This document shows positions 37,154 to 47,492 of a stretch of 64,000 bases of DNA, in pieces (the stretch's first letter is position 1; the number at the start of each line of letters is the position of its first letter). The translations under genes were made by a program, and so were the position numbers. This stretch comes from Deltaproteobacteria bacterium. GTDB taxonomy: Bacteria; Desulfobacterota; Anaeroferrophillalia; Anaeroferrophillales; Tharpellaceae. The stretch covers positions 4,747 through 68,746 of the forward strand of contig JAFGVI010000139.1 of the NCBI GenBank assembly GCA_016938065.1, read 5' to 3'. The notes under the pieces were generated by a model. The model did no database searches. It was not told the DNA's origin and saw only the letters and a list, made by a program, of their open reading frames with translations.

Positions 37154-37297
37154 GCGGGAGCGAGTCCCGCAACCCAAAGGGCCTTTACGGCCCGTACCTG
37201 AAGGTATTTCCGTTGGTCACAGATAAGTGCTCTTATCAGAACATTTTCTTGTTTTTGTGGTTGAAAAAAACGAGAAATAACCTGTAAGGCACTGATG
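37154..37297 (+). repeat. Structured intergenic repeat element, copy B
   Basis: Second copy of the 27775..27917 element in the same orientation. It starts 17 nt after the activator stop codon and ends 46 nt before the kinase ATG. Confidence 0.65.
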
Positions 37298-37342
37298 CGA
37301 ACCAGGCCGAAATCCATGAGCGAACCGTAACAAGGTAGCCTG

Positions 37343-40009
37343 ATGCCCCCGATCCCTCTGCCCAAATTCCTGCGCAACGGCATTGCTCTCGCCCTTATCG
37401 GCTGGACCCTTCTCAACCTCGGTTCAACCTGTTTTTTTCTGCAGCGGGAATGGCGACAAACCCTGGAAAATGGCCGCAATCTGGGACGCGGCGTCATTCA
37501 GAAAGACTTTGCCTATCGACTCTGGAACGCCGCTCACGGCGGCGTCTATGTTCCGGTTGACCCGAACACCCTGCCCAACCCCTATCTCAGCCACGTCAAG
37601 GAACGAGATATTACAACACCATCCGGCACGCTTTTGACCAAAATCAACCCGGCCTACATGACCCGCCAGGTACATAAATTCGGCGAGAAAGAGTACGGCA
37701 TCAAGGGCCACATCACCAGCCTTAAACTGATGCGACCGGAGAACCAAGCCGATCAATGGGAGAGCCGGGTCCTGAAAGATTTCGCACAGCATCCGAACCT
37801 GAAAGAGTTTTCAGAACTTACTGCGATGGATGAGCAGGAACCCTTCATGCGCATCATGGTGCCGCTCAAAATCCGCAAGGAATGTCTTACCTGCCACGCT
37901 TACCAGGCGTACAAGATCGGCGATCTGCGGGGCGGTATCAGTGCCTCCATACCCATGCGCAAGTTAATTGCGCAAACCCGCCAGGCGATGTTCCTGCTTT
38001 GCACCTACCATACCATGATCTTTCTTCTGGGTGTTCTGGCCCTGGCTTTTTTCTATGTTGCCGGACGCCGGCGCATAACGGAATTAGACCAGGCCAACCG
38101 CCTGGTGAGCCAGAATGAAGAAATGCTGCAGGGGATTATCGATAACACGGAAAGCGCGATTGCGATCTATGAGAGCAATCTGGACGGCTCAAAATTTTTC
38201 TGTAAAAGTTTAAACCCCGCCGGCGAAAAGATTACCGGACTCAAAACCTCAGAAATCCGGGGCCGGGAGGTGCGTGAGATCTTCCCCGCGATTGCGGAGA
38301 TGGGACTTTTTGCCGTACTGCAAAGGGTCTGGCGCAGCGGTCAACCGGAGTTTCTTCCGCTCTCCAGATACAACGATGAGCGCCTCTCTCTCTGGGTTGA
38401 AAACAAGGTTTTCAAACTACCAGGGGGTGAAATTGTCGCCGTCGTTGATGACTTGACCTTAAAAAAAGAGGCTGAAACCGAGCTCAACCAAAGTCAGCAG
38501 CGCTGGCAGAAGACCTTCGATGCCATCCCCGACATCATCACCCTGCTTGATCCGGAGCTACGTGTCGTCCAGGCCAACCGCGCTGCCTGCAAGCTCTTCC
38601 GGGATAACGGGGAACTGATCGGCAAACACTGCTACGAACTCTTCAGCGCAACGGCTGAGCCCTGTTCCACCTGCCCGTCGCTGAAAATTTTCACCGACAA
38701 TCACAATCATACTGAAGTGATCGAACATTGCAATCTGGGAAAAACCTTTCTGGTCAGCATCACCCCGATCTTTGATGAAAAAGGTGCGCTCAGCCACCTG
38801 ATCCATTCCGCACGCGACATCAGCGAACGGGTTAAACTCAACGAAGAGCTCTGCCAGACCCGGAAAATGGAGGCGATCGGGACTTTAGCCGGAGGCGTGG
38901 CCCACGACTTCAACAACATTCTCACCGTAATTCGCGGCCATGCTGAACTGGCAATGATGCAGAGCGACGAGAAAAACCAGTTCTGGAATGACTTTGAAGC
39001 GATTGCCGGCGCCGCGGATCGGGCCAGTCTCCTGACCCGTCAGCTCCTCGCCTTCAGCCGCAAAGAGAAGATCAATCCCGAAATCATTCAAGTTGCTCCG
39101 CTGATTACAAACTTAGGGAAAATGCTTAAACGTCTGATCGGTGAAGATGTTGAGCTTGACCTCAAACTCGACAACCATCTTCCTCCCATTCTGGCTGACC
39201 GGGTCCAGATCGAACAGATTATCATCAACCTGATTGTCAACGCCGCCGACGCGACTCGCGACGTCCCCCTTCAGACCGGCCGCAAGATCACCCTCAGCGC
39301 AAGCCCGGGGTCTGTAAACAGCGAAAGTCGGGAGAATGCAGAGGCGGCAGAGGGGGTTGCGGGGCCTCCGGCGCTGTGGCTTGAGATCAGCGATAACGGC
39401 TGCGGCATACCGGAAAATCTTCTGAGCAAAATCTTCGATCCTTTTTTCACCACCAAAGAGCGCGGCAAAGGCACCGGTCTGGGCCTCTCCACCGTCCATG
39501 GCATCGTCAAACAGAATCAGGCTCAGATCAGGGTTACGAGCCAACCCGGCCGGGGCAGCACCTTCACAATTATCTGGCCCGGCAGCGAAAGCTGCGGCCA
39601 CACCCGGAAGGAGCAGAGACCGGAGAACGCAGTGGGCGGCAGTGAAACCATCCTCATCGCTGAAGATGATCAGGCCACACGCGACATGACCGCCAAAGCC
39701 CTGCGCCATGCCGGTTATTACGTTCTGGAGGCGGGCAACGGTGAAGAGGCCGTGGCCCTGGCTCAAAACAGAGACACGATCGATCTTCTCTTCAGTGACC
39801 TGGTCATGCCGCGGATGGGCGGCCTCGAACTCGCAGCCGAACTGCGTCGGTTCTTCCCCGAGATCAGGATCATCCTGACCTCGGGTTATCTTAGCGAGCG
39901 TGCCTCCATCCTTGATGGCGAAACCTTAGAACAAACTACCTTTATCGACAAACCCTACCAGATGGCCGGGCTCTTGCGGACGATCAGAGAGATTCTCGAC
40001 CGGAATTGA
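37343..40009 (+). CDS. Hybrid sensor histidine kinase with periplasmic haem-c (DUF3365/Tll0287-like) domain, PAS domains and C-terminal REC
   Basis: 888 aa. TM, periplasmic region with a single CLTCH, TM, two PAS-like regions, H-box [11 protein letters not shown], HATPase DNGCGI / GTGLGLSTV, and [16 protein letters not shown]. Confidence 0.85.
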   Translation: MPPIPLPKFLRNGIALALIGWTLLNLGSTCFFLQREWRQTLENGRNLGRGVIQKDFAYRLWNAAHGGVYVPVDPNTLPNPYLSHVKERDITTPSGTLLTKINPAYMTRQVHKFGEKEYGIKGHITSLKLMRPENQADQWESRVLKDFAQHPNLKEFSELTAMDEQEPFMRIMVPLKIRKECLTCHAYQAYKIGDLRGGISASIPMRKLIAQTRQAMFLLCTYHTMIFLLGVLALAFFYVAGRRRITELDQANRLVSQNEEMLQGIIDNTESAIAIYESNLDGSKFFCKSLNPAGEKITGLKTSEIRGREVREIFPAIAEMGLFAVLQRVWRSGQPEFLPLSRYNDERLSLWVENKVFKLPGGEIVAVVDDLTLKKEAETELNQSQQRWQKTFDAIPDIITLLDPELRVVQANRAACKLFRDNGELIGKHCYELFSATAEPCSTCPSLKIFTDNHNHTEVIEHCNLGKTFLVSITPIFDEKGALSHLIHSARDISERVKLNEELCQTRKMEAIGTLAGGVAHDFNNILTVIRGHAELAMMQSDEKNQFWNDFEAIAGAADRASLLTRQLLAFSRKEKINPEIIQVAPLITNLGKMLKRLIGEDVELDLKLDNHLPPILADRVQIEQIIINLIVNAADATRDVPLQTGRKITLSASPGSVNSESRENAEAAEGVAGPPALWLEISDNGCGIPENLLSKIFDPFFTTKERGKGTGLGLSTVHGIVKQNQAQIRVTSQPGRGSTFTIIWPGSESCGHTRKEQRPENAVGGSETILIAEDDQATRDMTAKALRHAGYYVLEAGNGEEAVALAQNRDTIDLLFSDLVMPRMGGLELAAELRRFFPEIRIILTSGYLSERASILDGETLEQTTFIDKPYQMAGLLRTIREILDRN

Positions 40010-40010
40010 C

Positions 40011-41633
40011 TTACAGACTGACCACCTTGGCTTCAAGCAGACCGTCGACCTTGAGCAGATCATCCAGCACTTCCCGAGTAATTCTGTTGTCAACCGAGAC
40101 GAACGAGACCGCCTTGCCCCCTTTAATCCGCGAAAGATTAAAACCGGCGATATTGATTTTATGGTTGCCGAGAACGGTACCGACCCCGCCGACGATGCCC
40201 GGTTTATCGACATTTTTAAAATAGAGATAGGTCCCGGAAGAGATCATCTCGAGACGGAACTGGTCGAGCATCAGGATACGGCCCTGATTGTCGGCAAAAA
40301 CGGTACCGGCAACCACCATCTCCTCAAGATCAGTATTGACTTTGACGACAAACAGGTCGTTCATATTGGCAAAGCTGCTGGTTTTCGATTCATAGACTGC
40401 CAGATTACGATCCCGGGCGAGATAGGGAGCATTGATGAAGGAGACCGTCTCCGGCACACTGTGATCCATGAAGCCTTTCAGGGCGGCACTGGTAAAGGGC
40501 TGAAAATTAAAAGGTGAATCAAAGACCCGTTCGCCGAAATCATCAATGAATTTCTGGCCGACCATAATCATCTCAATACGCTCGGGACGGCCGTTGACCA
40601 CCTGTGCGGCCAGACGCCCCATGGCTTCAGCCAGATCAAAATAATAGCGCATCTCCCGCGGCAGCTGAGCCCGCATATAGGGAATATTTACGGCATTTTC
40701 ATAGGATCGATCATTTAAGGCATTAACCACCTGTTCGGCAATAATCACCGCCACCCCTTTCTGACCCTCCGCCGTATTGGCCCCCAGATGAGGGGTGACA
40801 AAAACATTCTCAAGCTCAAGCAGAGGATGAGCGCCGAGGGGCTCGCGGCTGAAAACATCAACCCCGACCGCAAAAATTTTGCCGCTTTTTACCGCTTCAT
40901 AAAGATCCATTTCGTTGACAATGCCGCCCCGGGCGCAGTTGATCAGCACCACCCCGTCCTTCATCCGGGCAATCTCCGCGGCCCGTACCATATTGCCGGT
41001 TTCCTCCGTCAGCGGGGTATGAAAGGTGATGACATCACTCAACGACAGCAGCTCGTCCAGGGTATCACACAGGCGCACCCCCTGCGCTTCAGCCTTGGCT
41101 TTCTTGACATAGGGATCATAGGCAATCACCTTCATGCCGAAACTCTTGGTCCGGGCTGCGACATTGCCGCCGATCCGCCCCAGGCCGACAATCCCCAGGG
41201 TTTTGCCGTAAAGCTGAATGCCCATATACTTTTTGCGATCCCACTCCATTTTTTTCAAGGAGTTATTGGCCGCCGGAATCTTGCGACAGGCCGCCAGCAT
41301 CATGCCGATAGTCAGCTCAGTGGCGGCAATGGTGTTGCCGGTCGGGGCATTCATAACAATAATCCCTTTGATACTGGCGGCTTCGATATCGACATTATCA
41401 AGCCCGACGCCGGCCCGGCCGATAATTTTCAGACGCCCCGGATTTTCAATCAGTTCGGCCGTCACACTGGTGCCGCTGCGCGTAATAATGGCATCATAGT
41501 CAGCAATTATCTTTTTCAACGCATCATTATCTATGCCGACCCTGACATCGACGGCAATCGCACTGTCCGCCTCAAGGATCTCAATCCCTTCGGGATCGAG
41601 ATTATCGGTAACCAAAACCTTAAAACGTGCCAT
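40011..41633 (-). CDS. serA: D-3-phosphoglycerate dehydrogenase (long form with ACT domain)
   Basis: 540 aa. NAD site GIVGLGRIGGNVA, catalytic NCARGG and TPHLGA. C-terminal ASB/ACT regions. Confidence 0.92.
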   Translation of the reverse strand: MARFKVLVTDNLDPEGIEILEADSAIAVDVRVGIDNDALKKIIADYDAIITRSGTSVTAELIENPGRLKIIGRAGVGLDNVDIEAASIKGIIVMNAPTGNTIAATELTIGMMLAACRKIPAANNSLKKMEWDRKKYMGIQLYGKTLGIVGLGRIGGNVAARTKSFGMKVIAYDPYVKKAKAEAQGVRLCDTLDELLSLSDVITFHTPLTEETGNMVRAAEIARMKDGVVLINCARGGIVNEMDLYEAVKSGKIFAVGVDVFSREPLGAHPLLELENVFVTPHLGANTAEGQKGVAVIIAEQVVNALNDRSYENAVNIPYMRAQLPREMRYYFDLAEAMGRLAAQVVNGRPERIEMIMVGQKFIDDFGERVFDSPFNFQPFTSAALKGFMDHSVPETVSFINAPYLARDRNLAVYESKTSSFANMNDLFVVKVNTDLEEMVVAGTVFADNQGRILMLDQFRLEMISSGTYLYFKNVDKPGIVGGVGTVLGNHKINIAGFNLSRIKGGKAVSFVSVDNRITREVLDDLLKVDGLLEAKVVSL

Positions 41634-41849
41634 ATCGAAAACCTCGTAACATTGAATGTTGATCTATCTTGTTGCTCCTGCCTTAAAAGAGAAAAACCTT
41701 ATCAGCCGCCCCCTAGCAGACCGTGAAAAAAAGGGCAAGCCTATACTTGCGGACGGTGCGCTTAAAAACCTTGACGGGGTAAAAACAACCTGCTAAGTCA
41801 GCCTGAATCAGAATCTGTTTTTTTAATTTTGCCTTGAGGAGGCCCTTGT

Positions 41850-43016
41850 ATGAAGAAGCTTTTACCCCTGCTTCTGGCTCTTATCTGCAGCCTGATGATG
41901 ATCGACAGCGGCCTCGCGGCCGATACCATTAAAATCGGATTCAATATCCCTTTAACCGGCGAAATTCCCAAGGTCGGCGAGTCTTCAAAGTATGCCGCCG
42001 AAATGCTCTTGGCCGACATCAACGGCCAGGGCGGTCTTCAGGTTGGCGACAAAAAATATAAACTTGAATTCGTCTATGAAGATAACGAATCCAAAGCCGA
42101 ATCTGCGGTGGCCGTGGCCCAGAAACTGATCGACCGCGATAAAGTCCTGGCGATCATCGGCCCCAACTCCAGCAAACAGGCGGTTCCGGCCGGCGAAATC
42201 TGCGACCTCAACGAGACCGTCATGATTTCCCCCTGGTCGACCAACCCGGACACGACCAGAGATCGCCCTTTTGTCTTTCGCGCCGCCTTCCTTGACCCCT
42301 TTCAGGGCCCGGTTGCCGTTGATTTCGCCATGGCTCAATTTAAGGCTAAAACCGCAGCCGTCCTCTACGCCCTGGCCAACGACTACAGCAAAGGCCTGGC
42401 GGAAATCTTCAAAGCCGACTTTGAGAAGAAAAACGGCAGCGGCTCAGTGGTCGCTTTTGAAAGTTATGGCGACAAAGATCAGGATTTCAGTGCCCAGCTG
42501 ACCCAGATAATTGCCGCCAAGCCGGACTTTATCTTTCTCCCCAACAACTATAACGAGGTCGCCCTGACCGTCAAACAGGCTCATGATCTCGGTTGGAAAG
42601 GCCCGTTCATGGGTTCTGACGCCTGGGGTTCAGCGGAGCTGATGAATCTGTGCGGCGATGACTGTATCGGCAGCTTCTTCTCGACCCATTATGCCGCCGC
42701 CGGGGCCCAAGGCGCAACCAAAGCGTTTATCGACCGCTATCAGGCCAAATACGGCTATGTCCCGGATGATGTTGCGGCCCTGACCTGGGATGCGACCAGG
42801 CTGGTCTTGCAGGCCATTCAGGAAAGCGGCAAATTAAGCGGCAACCTGCGGGCCGACCGCAAAGCCATTCGCGAAGCCCTGGCCAACATCAAAAGTTTTG
42901 CCGGCATCACCGGTGACATGAAACTTGATGCCCAGGGTGACCCGATCAAATGTGCCGTCGTCGTGCGGATCAATGAAAAAGGTGAATTTGTCTTTACCAA
43001 GTCGGTCTGCCCTTAA
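41850..43016 (+). CDS. Branched-chain amino acid ABC transporter substrate-binding protein (LivK/LivJ-like)
   Basis: 388 aa. Signal peptide. IKIGFNIPLTGE and AIIGPNSS, typical of the type I periplasmic binding fold. First gene of the liv-type operon. Confidence 0.85.
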   Translation: MKKLLPLLLALICSLMMIDSGLAADTIKIGFNIPLTGEIPKVGESSKYAAEMLLADINGQGGLQVGDKKYKLEFVYEDNESKAESAVAVAQKLIDRDKVLAIIGPNSSKQAVPAGEICDLNETVMISPWSTNPDTTRDRPFVFRAAFLDPFQGPVAVDFAMAQFKAKTAAVLYALANDYSKGLAEIFKADFEKKNGSGSVVAFESYGDKDQDFSAQLTQIIAAKPDFIFLPNNYNEVALTVKQAHDLGWKGPFMGSDAWGSAELMNLCGDDCIGSFFSTHYAAAGAQGATKAFIDRYQAKYGYVPDDVAALTWDATRLVLQAIQESGKLSGNLRADRKAIREALANIKSFAGITGDMKLDAQGDPIKCAVVVRINEKGEFVFTKSVCP

Positions 43017-43035
43017 TTCTCCAAGTTAACGTAAA

Positions 43036-43094
43036 GCCGCGTAGGCGCAAAGGCCGTAAGATTCGTCAATCCCCACTTTGCGACCTTGCGCGGC
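43036..43094 (+). promoter_or_regulatory. Long imperfect intercistronic stem-loop between binding-protein and permease genes
   Basis: GCCGCG..CGCAAAG (43036-43052) pairs with CTTTGCG..CGCGGC (43076-43094). About 16 bp are paired around a 23-nt loop. Confidence 0.45.
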
Positions 43095-43112
43095 TCTGGG
43101 TCAGGTTTTCCT

Positions 43113-44036
43113 GTGTTTGATTCATTTTTACAGAATATATTGAACGCTCTGCAGTGGGGGAGTTTCTACTCCCTGATTGCTCTGGGCTACACGCTGGTTT
43201 ACGGGGTATTGCGGCTTATCAATTTCGCCCACGGCGATATTGTCATGGTCGGCGCCTATATCGCCTTTTTCATCTCCAGCCTCCTCCTCGGCCAGTACGG
43301 CATGCCGGCTTTCCTGCCCGGCTGGGCGGTTCTGGCCTTAACCATTCCGTTGACTATGTTTTTTACCTCCGTGGTCGGCGTCACCCTGGAACGGGTCGCC
43401 TACCGGCCTTTACGCCGTAAAGGGGCGAACCGGCTCTATGTCGTCATCACCGCCCTGATGGCGGGACTGATCCTTGAAAACGGCAATCTTTTAGTCCTTG
43501 GCGCCAGCCGCAAAAAATTTCCCGAGCTGATTGAGAAGGTCGTCTACAAATTCGGCTCGGTCTATGTCACCAACCTCAAGATCGGGGTTATTCTGACGGC
43601 AATTTTAAGTTTTATCGGACTCCACTTCATTATTACCAGAACCAAAGTCGGCATGGCCATGCGGGCCATCTCCTACGATAAATTCGCCGTCCCCCTGATG
43701 GGAATTCCCATAGATACGGTCATTGTTTTTACGTTTATTCTGGGCTCTTCGATGGCCGGGCTGGCGGGCATCCTTTTTGCCCTCTCCTACCCGATTCTCG
43801 ACCCTTACATGGGCATGTCGATCGGCTGGAAAGCCTTTATCGCCGCCGTCGTCGGCGGCATCGGCGACATCCGCGGCGCCTTTGCCGGGGGGTTTATTCT
43901 CGGCATCATCGAAATCATGGTCGTCGCTTTCTTCCCTTCATCCTACCGGGATCTGATCGCTTTTTCCATTCTTCTGCTGATCCTGACCATCAGGCCAACC
44001 GGACTCTTCGGGGTCGCACAGACAACTAAGATATAA
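43113..44036 (+). CDS. livH: Branched-chain amino acid ABC transporter permease
   Basis: 307 aa from the GTG at 43113. The TTG at 43086 lies inside the hairpin, so I do not favour it. LQWGSFYSLIALGYTLVYGVLRLINFAHGD is typical of LivH. Confidence 0.85.
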   Translation: MFDSFLQNILNALQWGSFYSLIALGYTLVYGVLRLINFAHGDIVMVGAYIAFFISSLLLGQYGMPAFLPGWAVLALTIPLTMFFTSVVGVTLERVAYRPLRRKGANRLYVVITALMAGLILENGNLLVLGASRKKFPELIEKVVYKFGSVYVTNLKIGVILTAILSFIGLHFIITRTKVGMAMRAISYDKFAVPLMGIPIDTVIVFTFILGSSMAGLAGILFALSYPILDPYMGMSIGWKAFIAAVVGGIGDIRGAFAGGFILGIIEIMVVAFFPSSYRDLIAFSILLLILTIRPTGLFGVAQTTKI

Positions 44037-44046
44037 CCCCAATACA

Positions 44047-45060
44047 ATGAAACGTTTCAGCGTCCCGCTTCTGCTTATCATCCTGCTTCTGACCCTGATG
44101 GGACTGGCCTGGTTTGAGATTATCGACATCTACATCCAGACGATTATTCTCTTTATGGGCATCAATATCATTACCTCGACAAGCCTTAATCTGGTCAACG
44201 GCAATATGGGGGAGTTCTCCTGCGGCCATGCCGGTTTTATTGCCGTTGGAGCCTACGTCTCCTCCCTCTTATCGGTGGCTCTCTTCACCAAAAGCAAGAC
44301 CTTCGGCGCCCCGCTGCTGCCTCCAGAGCTGGCGGCTTACGGTTTTCCTCTGGTCCTGATCGCCGGCGGCCTGGCGGCGGCCCTGACCGGCCTGCTCGTG
44401 GCCCTGCCCTCCTTTCGTACCCGCGATGATTATCTGGCCATCATCACCATTGCCGCCAACTATATAATTATTTCGACCATCATCAATATTGACCAGATCG
44501 GCGGAGCCCGCGGCTTTATGGGCATGAAACGAGTTATCTTTGCCATGGAGCAGTGTGCCGAGATTCCCTGGATGATCCTCTGGGTTTTTCTTTTTATGGT
44601 GCTTTCAATTATAATTATCCGGCGCTACATGAGTTCAACCTATGGCAAAGGGGTCGAAGCCATCCGCCAGGATGAGGTCGCGGCCGAGATCATGAGCGTC
44701 AACACCAACCGCATCAAACTTGTCACCTTCATGATCTCCTCCGGCCTGGCCGGGATTGCCGGCGGTCTCTACGCCCATACCGTCGGCTATGTTAACCCGA
44801 AATCTTTCGACCTTTTAAAATCGACCGAGGCCCTGGTCATGGTCTACTTAGGGGGCATGGGCTCGATCTCCGGGTCGATCATTGCGGCGATCGTTTTTAC
44901 CCTGCTGCTCGAACTCTTAAGGCCTTTACAGATCATTAAATGGGTCGCGATCCCCCTGCTCCTGATTATCATCATGCAGTTTCGTCCGGAAGGGATTATG
45001 GGTAATCGTGAGTTGGGCGATATCTTCCCGCGTCTGAAAAAGTTTTACAAATTTAAATAA
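44047..45060 (+). CDS. livM: Branched-chain amino acid ABC transporter permease
   Basis: 337 aa polytopic membrane protein. GEFSCGHAGFIAVGAY is typical of LivM. Confidence 0.87.
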   Translation: MKRFSVPLLLIILLLTLMGLAWFEIIDIYIQTIILFMGINIITSTSLNLVNGNMGEFSCGHAGFIAVGAYVSSLLSVALFTKSKTFGAPLLPPELAAYGFPLVLIAGGLAAALTGLLVALPSFRTRDDYLAIITIAANYIIISTIINIDQIGGARGFMGMKRVIFAMEQCAEIPWMILWVFLFMVLSIIIIRRYMSSTYGKGVEAIRQDEVAAEIMSVNTNRIKLVTFMISSGLAGIAGGLYAHTVGYVNPKSFDLLKSTEALVMVYLGGMGSISGSIIAAIVFTLLLELLRPLQIIKWVAIPLLLIIIMQFRPEGIMGNRELGDIFPRLKKFYKFK

Positions 45061-45074
45061 CCGCTTTTTTGCCC

Positions 45075-45842
45075 ATGACTTTACTTGAAATAAAAGATTT
45101 AACCCAGCTCTTCAGCGGCCTCTGCGCCGTCTCCGAGCTTAATTTAAACATCGAGGAACGCGAACTTGTCGGTCTGATCGGTCCCAACGGCGCCGGCAAA
45201 ACCACGGTCTTCAATCTGGCCTCCGGTTTCTATCAACCAACCTACGGCGCGATTCTTTTTCAGGGTCGTAACCTGGCCGGACTCAAACCGCATCAGGTTT
45301 CAGCTTTAGGAATTGCCCGGACCTTTCAGAACATACGCCTCTGGAAAGAGATGTCGGTACTCGACAATATCCTCGTGGCCCAGCACTTCAACCTCGGCTA
45401 CGGCCTCGGCGGCCTCTTTTTCCGCACCCCACGCTATTTGAAACGGGAAAGCGAAATCCGCCATAAAGCGCACGAATTACTGGAAATTTTCAAGATCGAC
45501 AACGTTGCTGAGGAAAAACCCGGCAACCTGCCCTACGGCATGCAGCGCAAGGTTGAAATTGTCCGGGCCCTCTCCTCCGGCCCCAGGCTCCTGCTTCTGG
45601 ATGAACCGGCGGCCGGCCTGCAATCGGCCGACGTCACTGAACTGATCGCTCTGATTCAATGGGTTTTCGACCAGTTCGATTTAAGTATCTGGATGATCGA
45701 ACATCAGATGAAGGTGGTAATGAGTCTCTGTTCCCGGATTGCCGTAATCGACTTCGGCAAACTCATCGCCAGCGGCACGCCCACCGAGATCCAGCAGAAC
45801 CCGGCGGTGATTAAAGCCTATCTCGGGGATGACCAGCTATGA
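45075..45842 (+). CDS. livG: Branched-chain amino acid ABC transporter ATP-binding protein
   Basis: 255 aa from the ATG at 45075. Walker A GPNGAGKTT, LPYGMQRKVEIVRAL, Walker B LLLDEPAAGL. Confidence 0.9.
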   Translation: MTLLEIKDLTQLFSGLCAVSELNLNIEERELVGLIGPNGAGKTTVFNLASGFYQPTYGAILFQGRNLAGLKPHQVSALGIARTFQNIRLWKEMSVLDNILVAQHFNLGYGLGGLFFRTPRYLKRESEIRHKAHELLEIFKIDNVAEEKPGNLPYGMQRKVEIVRALSSGPRLLLLDEPAAGLQSADVTELIALIQWVFDQFDLSIWMIEHQMKVVMSLCSRIAVIDFGKLIASGTPTEIQQNPAVIKAYLGDDQL

Positions 45843-46594
45843 TAAATTCTGCATCCAAGCCCAAGGTTCCCCTGCTGGAAGTTCGTAATCTTGAAGTCAG
45901 ATATGGCAATATCGCGGCGCTGCACGGCATCAGTTTTCTTGTCGACCAGGGTGAAATCGTCACTCTGATCGGCGCCAACGGCGCCGGTAAAACGACAACC
46001 CTGCATACCATCACGCGACTGCCCCCGCCCGAAGCGCCCAAACTATTTGCCGGTGATATACTGATCAACGGGCAATCAATCATTAAAACCGAGCCCCATG
46101 ATGTTGTGCGCCGGTTCCACTGCGCCTTGGCCCCGGAAGGCCGTCATATTTTCGGCAATCTCACGGTCACGGAAAATCTGACTTTAGCCACCTTCTCACG
46201 CCCCAAAAGTGATAATTTAGCTAAAGACTACGAACACGTTTTCGAACTCTTTCCCCGCCTGGCCGAACGTCGCCATCAACGCAGTGAGTCTTTAAGCGGC
46301 GGCGAGCAGCAGATGCTGGCCGTGGGACGGGCCTTGATGTCGGGCTGTACGTTTCTGATGCTCGATGAACCATCAATGGGGCTGGCCCCGCTCATGATGT
46401 ATGATATGTTTCGGGCCTTGAAAAAACTCAACCAGGAGGGTATGACGATCCTCCTGGTTGAACAGAATGCCAAACTGGCCCTGGACTTTGCCCATCGCGG
46501 CTATCTTCTTGAAACCGGTGAGATCATACTCTCGGGCAACGCCGCCGAACTCCTGAAAAACCCCGACATTCACAAAGCCTATCTCGGCCACTGA
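45839..46594 (+). CDS. livF: Branched-chain amino acid ABC transporter ATP-binding protein
   Basis: 251 aa. Walker A GANGAGKTT, signature LSGGEQQMLAVGRAL, Walker B LMLDEPSMGLAP. ATGA overlap with livG. Confidence 0.9.
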   Translation: MINSASKPKVPLLEVRNLEVRYGNIAALHGISFLVDQGEIVTLIGANGAGKTTTLHTITRLPPPEAPKLFAGDILINGQSIIKTEPHDVVRRFHCALAPEGRHIFGNLTVTENLTLATFSRPKSDNLAKDYEHVFELFPRLAERRHQRSESLSGGEQQMLAVGRALMSGCTFLMLDEPSMGLAPLMMYDMFRALKKLNQEGMTILLVEQNAKLALDFAHRGYLLETGEIILSGNAAELLKNPDIHKAYLGH

Positions 46595-46619
46595 AAATTA
46601 TGAGGAAATAAAGAACGAT

Positions 46620-47492
46620 ATGTCAGAAAACATAAAAATATACGACGCCCATGTCCATTACCTCTGGCGCGACTCAGTCACCGAAAACTGCGCCGCTTTT
46701 GCCGCTTTGCGGGAAAAAGGGCTGCAGGGCATGGGGCTGATTATCATGGGCCATCACCTGCCTGATCCGCAACAATGTTTCGAGTTTATCCCTCACTCCT
46801 ACCATGACCGGATCGGTCAGCAGCTCTTTGCCGGAAGCTCGGGCATGGCGGTGCCTGAACCCGGGCTTTTCGCCGGGATTGAGATGTTTCCCTACCTCGA
46901 CAGCCGCTATATCACGGCCACGGAAGCTGATTTGTCCGGATTTAGAGAGGCGGGTTTTCGCGGCTTGAAACTTCTCTATGTACCCGATGAAGATGAGCTC
47001 TACGGCATGGTGGGCTGGAAGAAACTTTTCGGCAGATCACAAAAAGATTATGAAGCTGTAACCCTGCGGATGATTGAACAGGCGGTAAACTATGGCTGGC
47101 CCGTGATTTTTCATGTCGATTTAAGACTGCATGAAGCGTTTGTTCGGCATATCCTGCAAAATTATCCTGAACATCCCTTCATTTTCCCCCATTTTGGCTT
47201 TTCCCGAAAGATTATGGCCCGGCTGATTGAGCAGTTCGATACCTGCTATACTGATTTTTCCTCACTGCTGCCCTTTATGCAGCAGGCGCCTGAGGCTTAT
47301 AAAAATTTTATAACTGAATACCAGACTCGAGTTCTCTTCGGCTCCGATGCCACGACTGACTGGCCCGAACTCGTCAGTGATTATATTGATACGGTGAAAA
47401 ATCTCTTTGATGATCAGGGGATTTTAGAAAATATTATGCAGCACAACTATCTGGAGATCCACCAGAACAGAGACCTTAAACAGAAAGGATGA
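46620..47492 (+). CDS. Amidohydrolase-family (TIM-barrel metal-dependent hydrolase) protein
   Basis: 290 aa. N-terminal YDAHVHY metal-ligand motif, then an internal VIFHVD and a late FGSDA. Specific function unknown. Confidence 0.55.
   Translation: MSENIKIYDAHVHYLWRDSVTENCAAFAALREKGLQGMGLIIMGHHLPDPQQCFEFIPHSYHDRIGQQLFAGSSGMAVPEPGLFAGIEMFPYLDSRYITATEADLSGFREAGFRGLKLLYVPDEDELYGMVGWKKLFGRSQKDYEAVTLRMIEQAVNYGWPVIFHVDLRLHEAFVRHILQNYPEHPFIFPHFGFSRKIMARLIEQFDTCYTDFSSLLPFMQQAPEAYKNFITEYQTRVLFGSDATTDWPELVSDYIDTVKNLFDDQGILENIMQHNYLEIHQNRDLKQKG

Noticed and set aside
40788-41726. A 312-aa plus-strand ORF.
   Set aside because: It is antisense to serA, which has clear dehydrogenase and ACT motifs. It has no RBS and no motifs.
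43046-43057. An exact 12-mer (acggcctttgcg, inverted) shared between the livK-livH hairpin and repeat element copy A, which suggested a third copy.
   Set aside because: A rough count shows that one 12-mer match between a 140-bp element and both strands of 64 kb is about what chance predicts, especially in GC-rich DNA. There is no flanking similarity.
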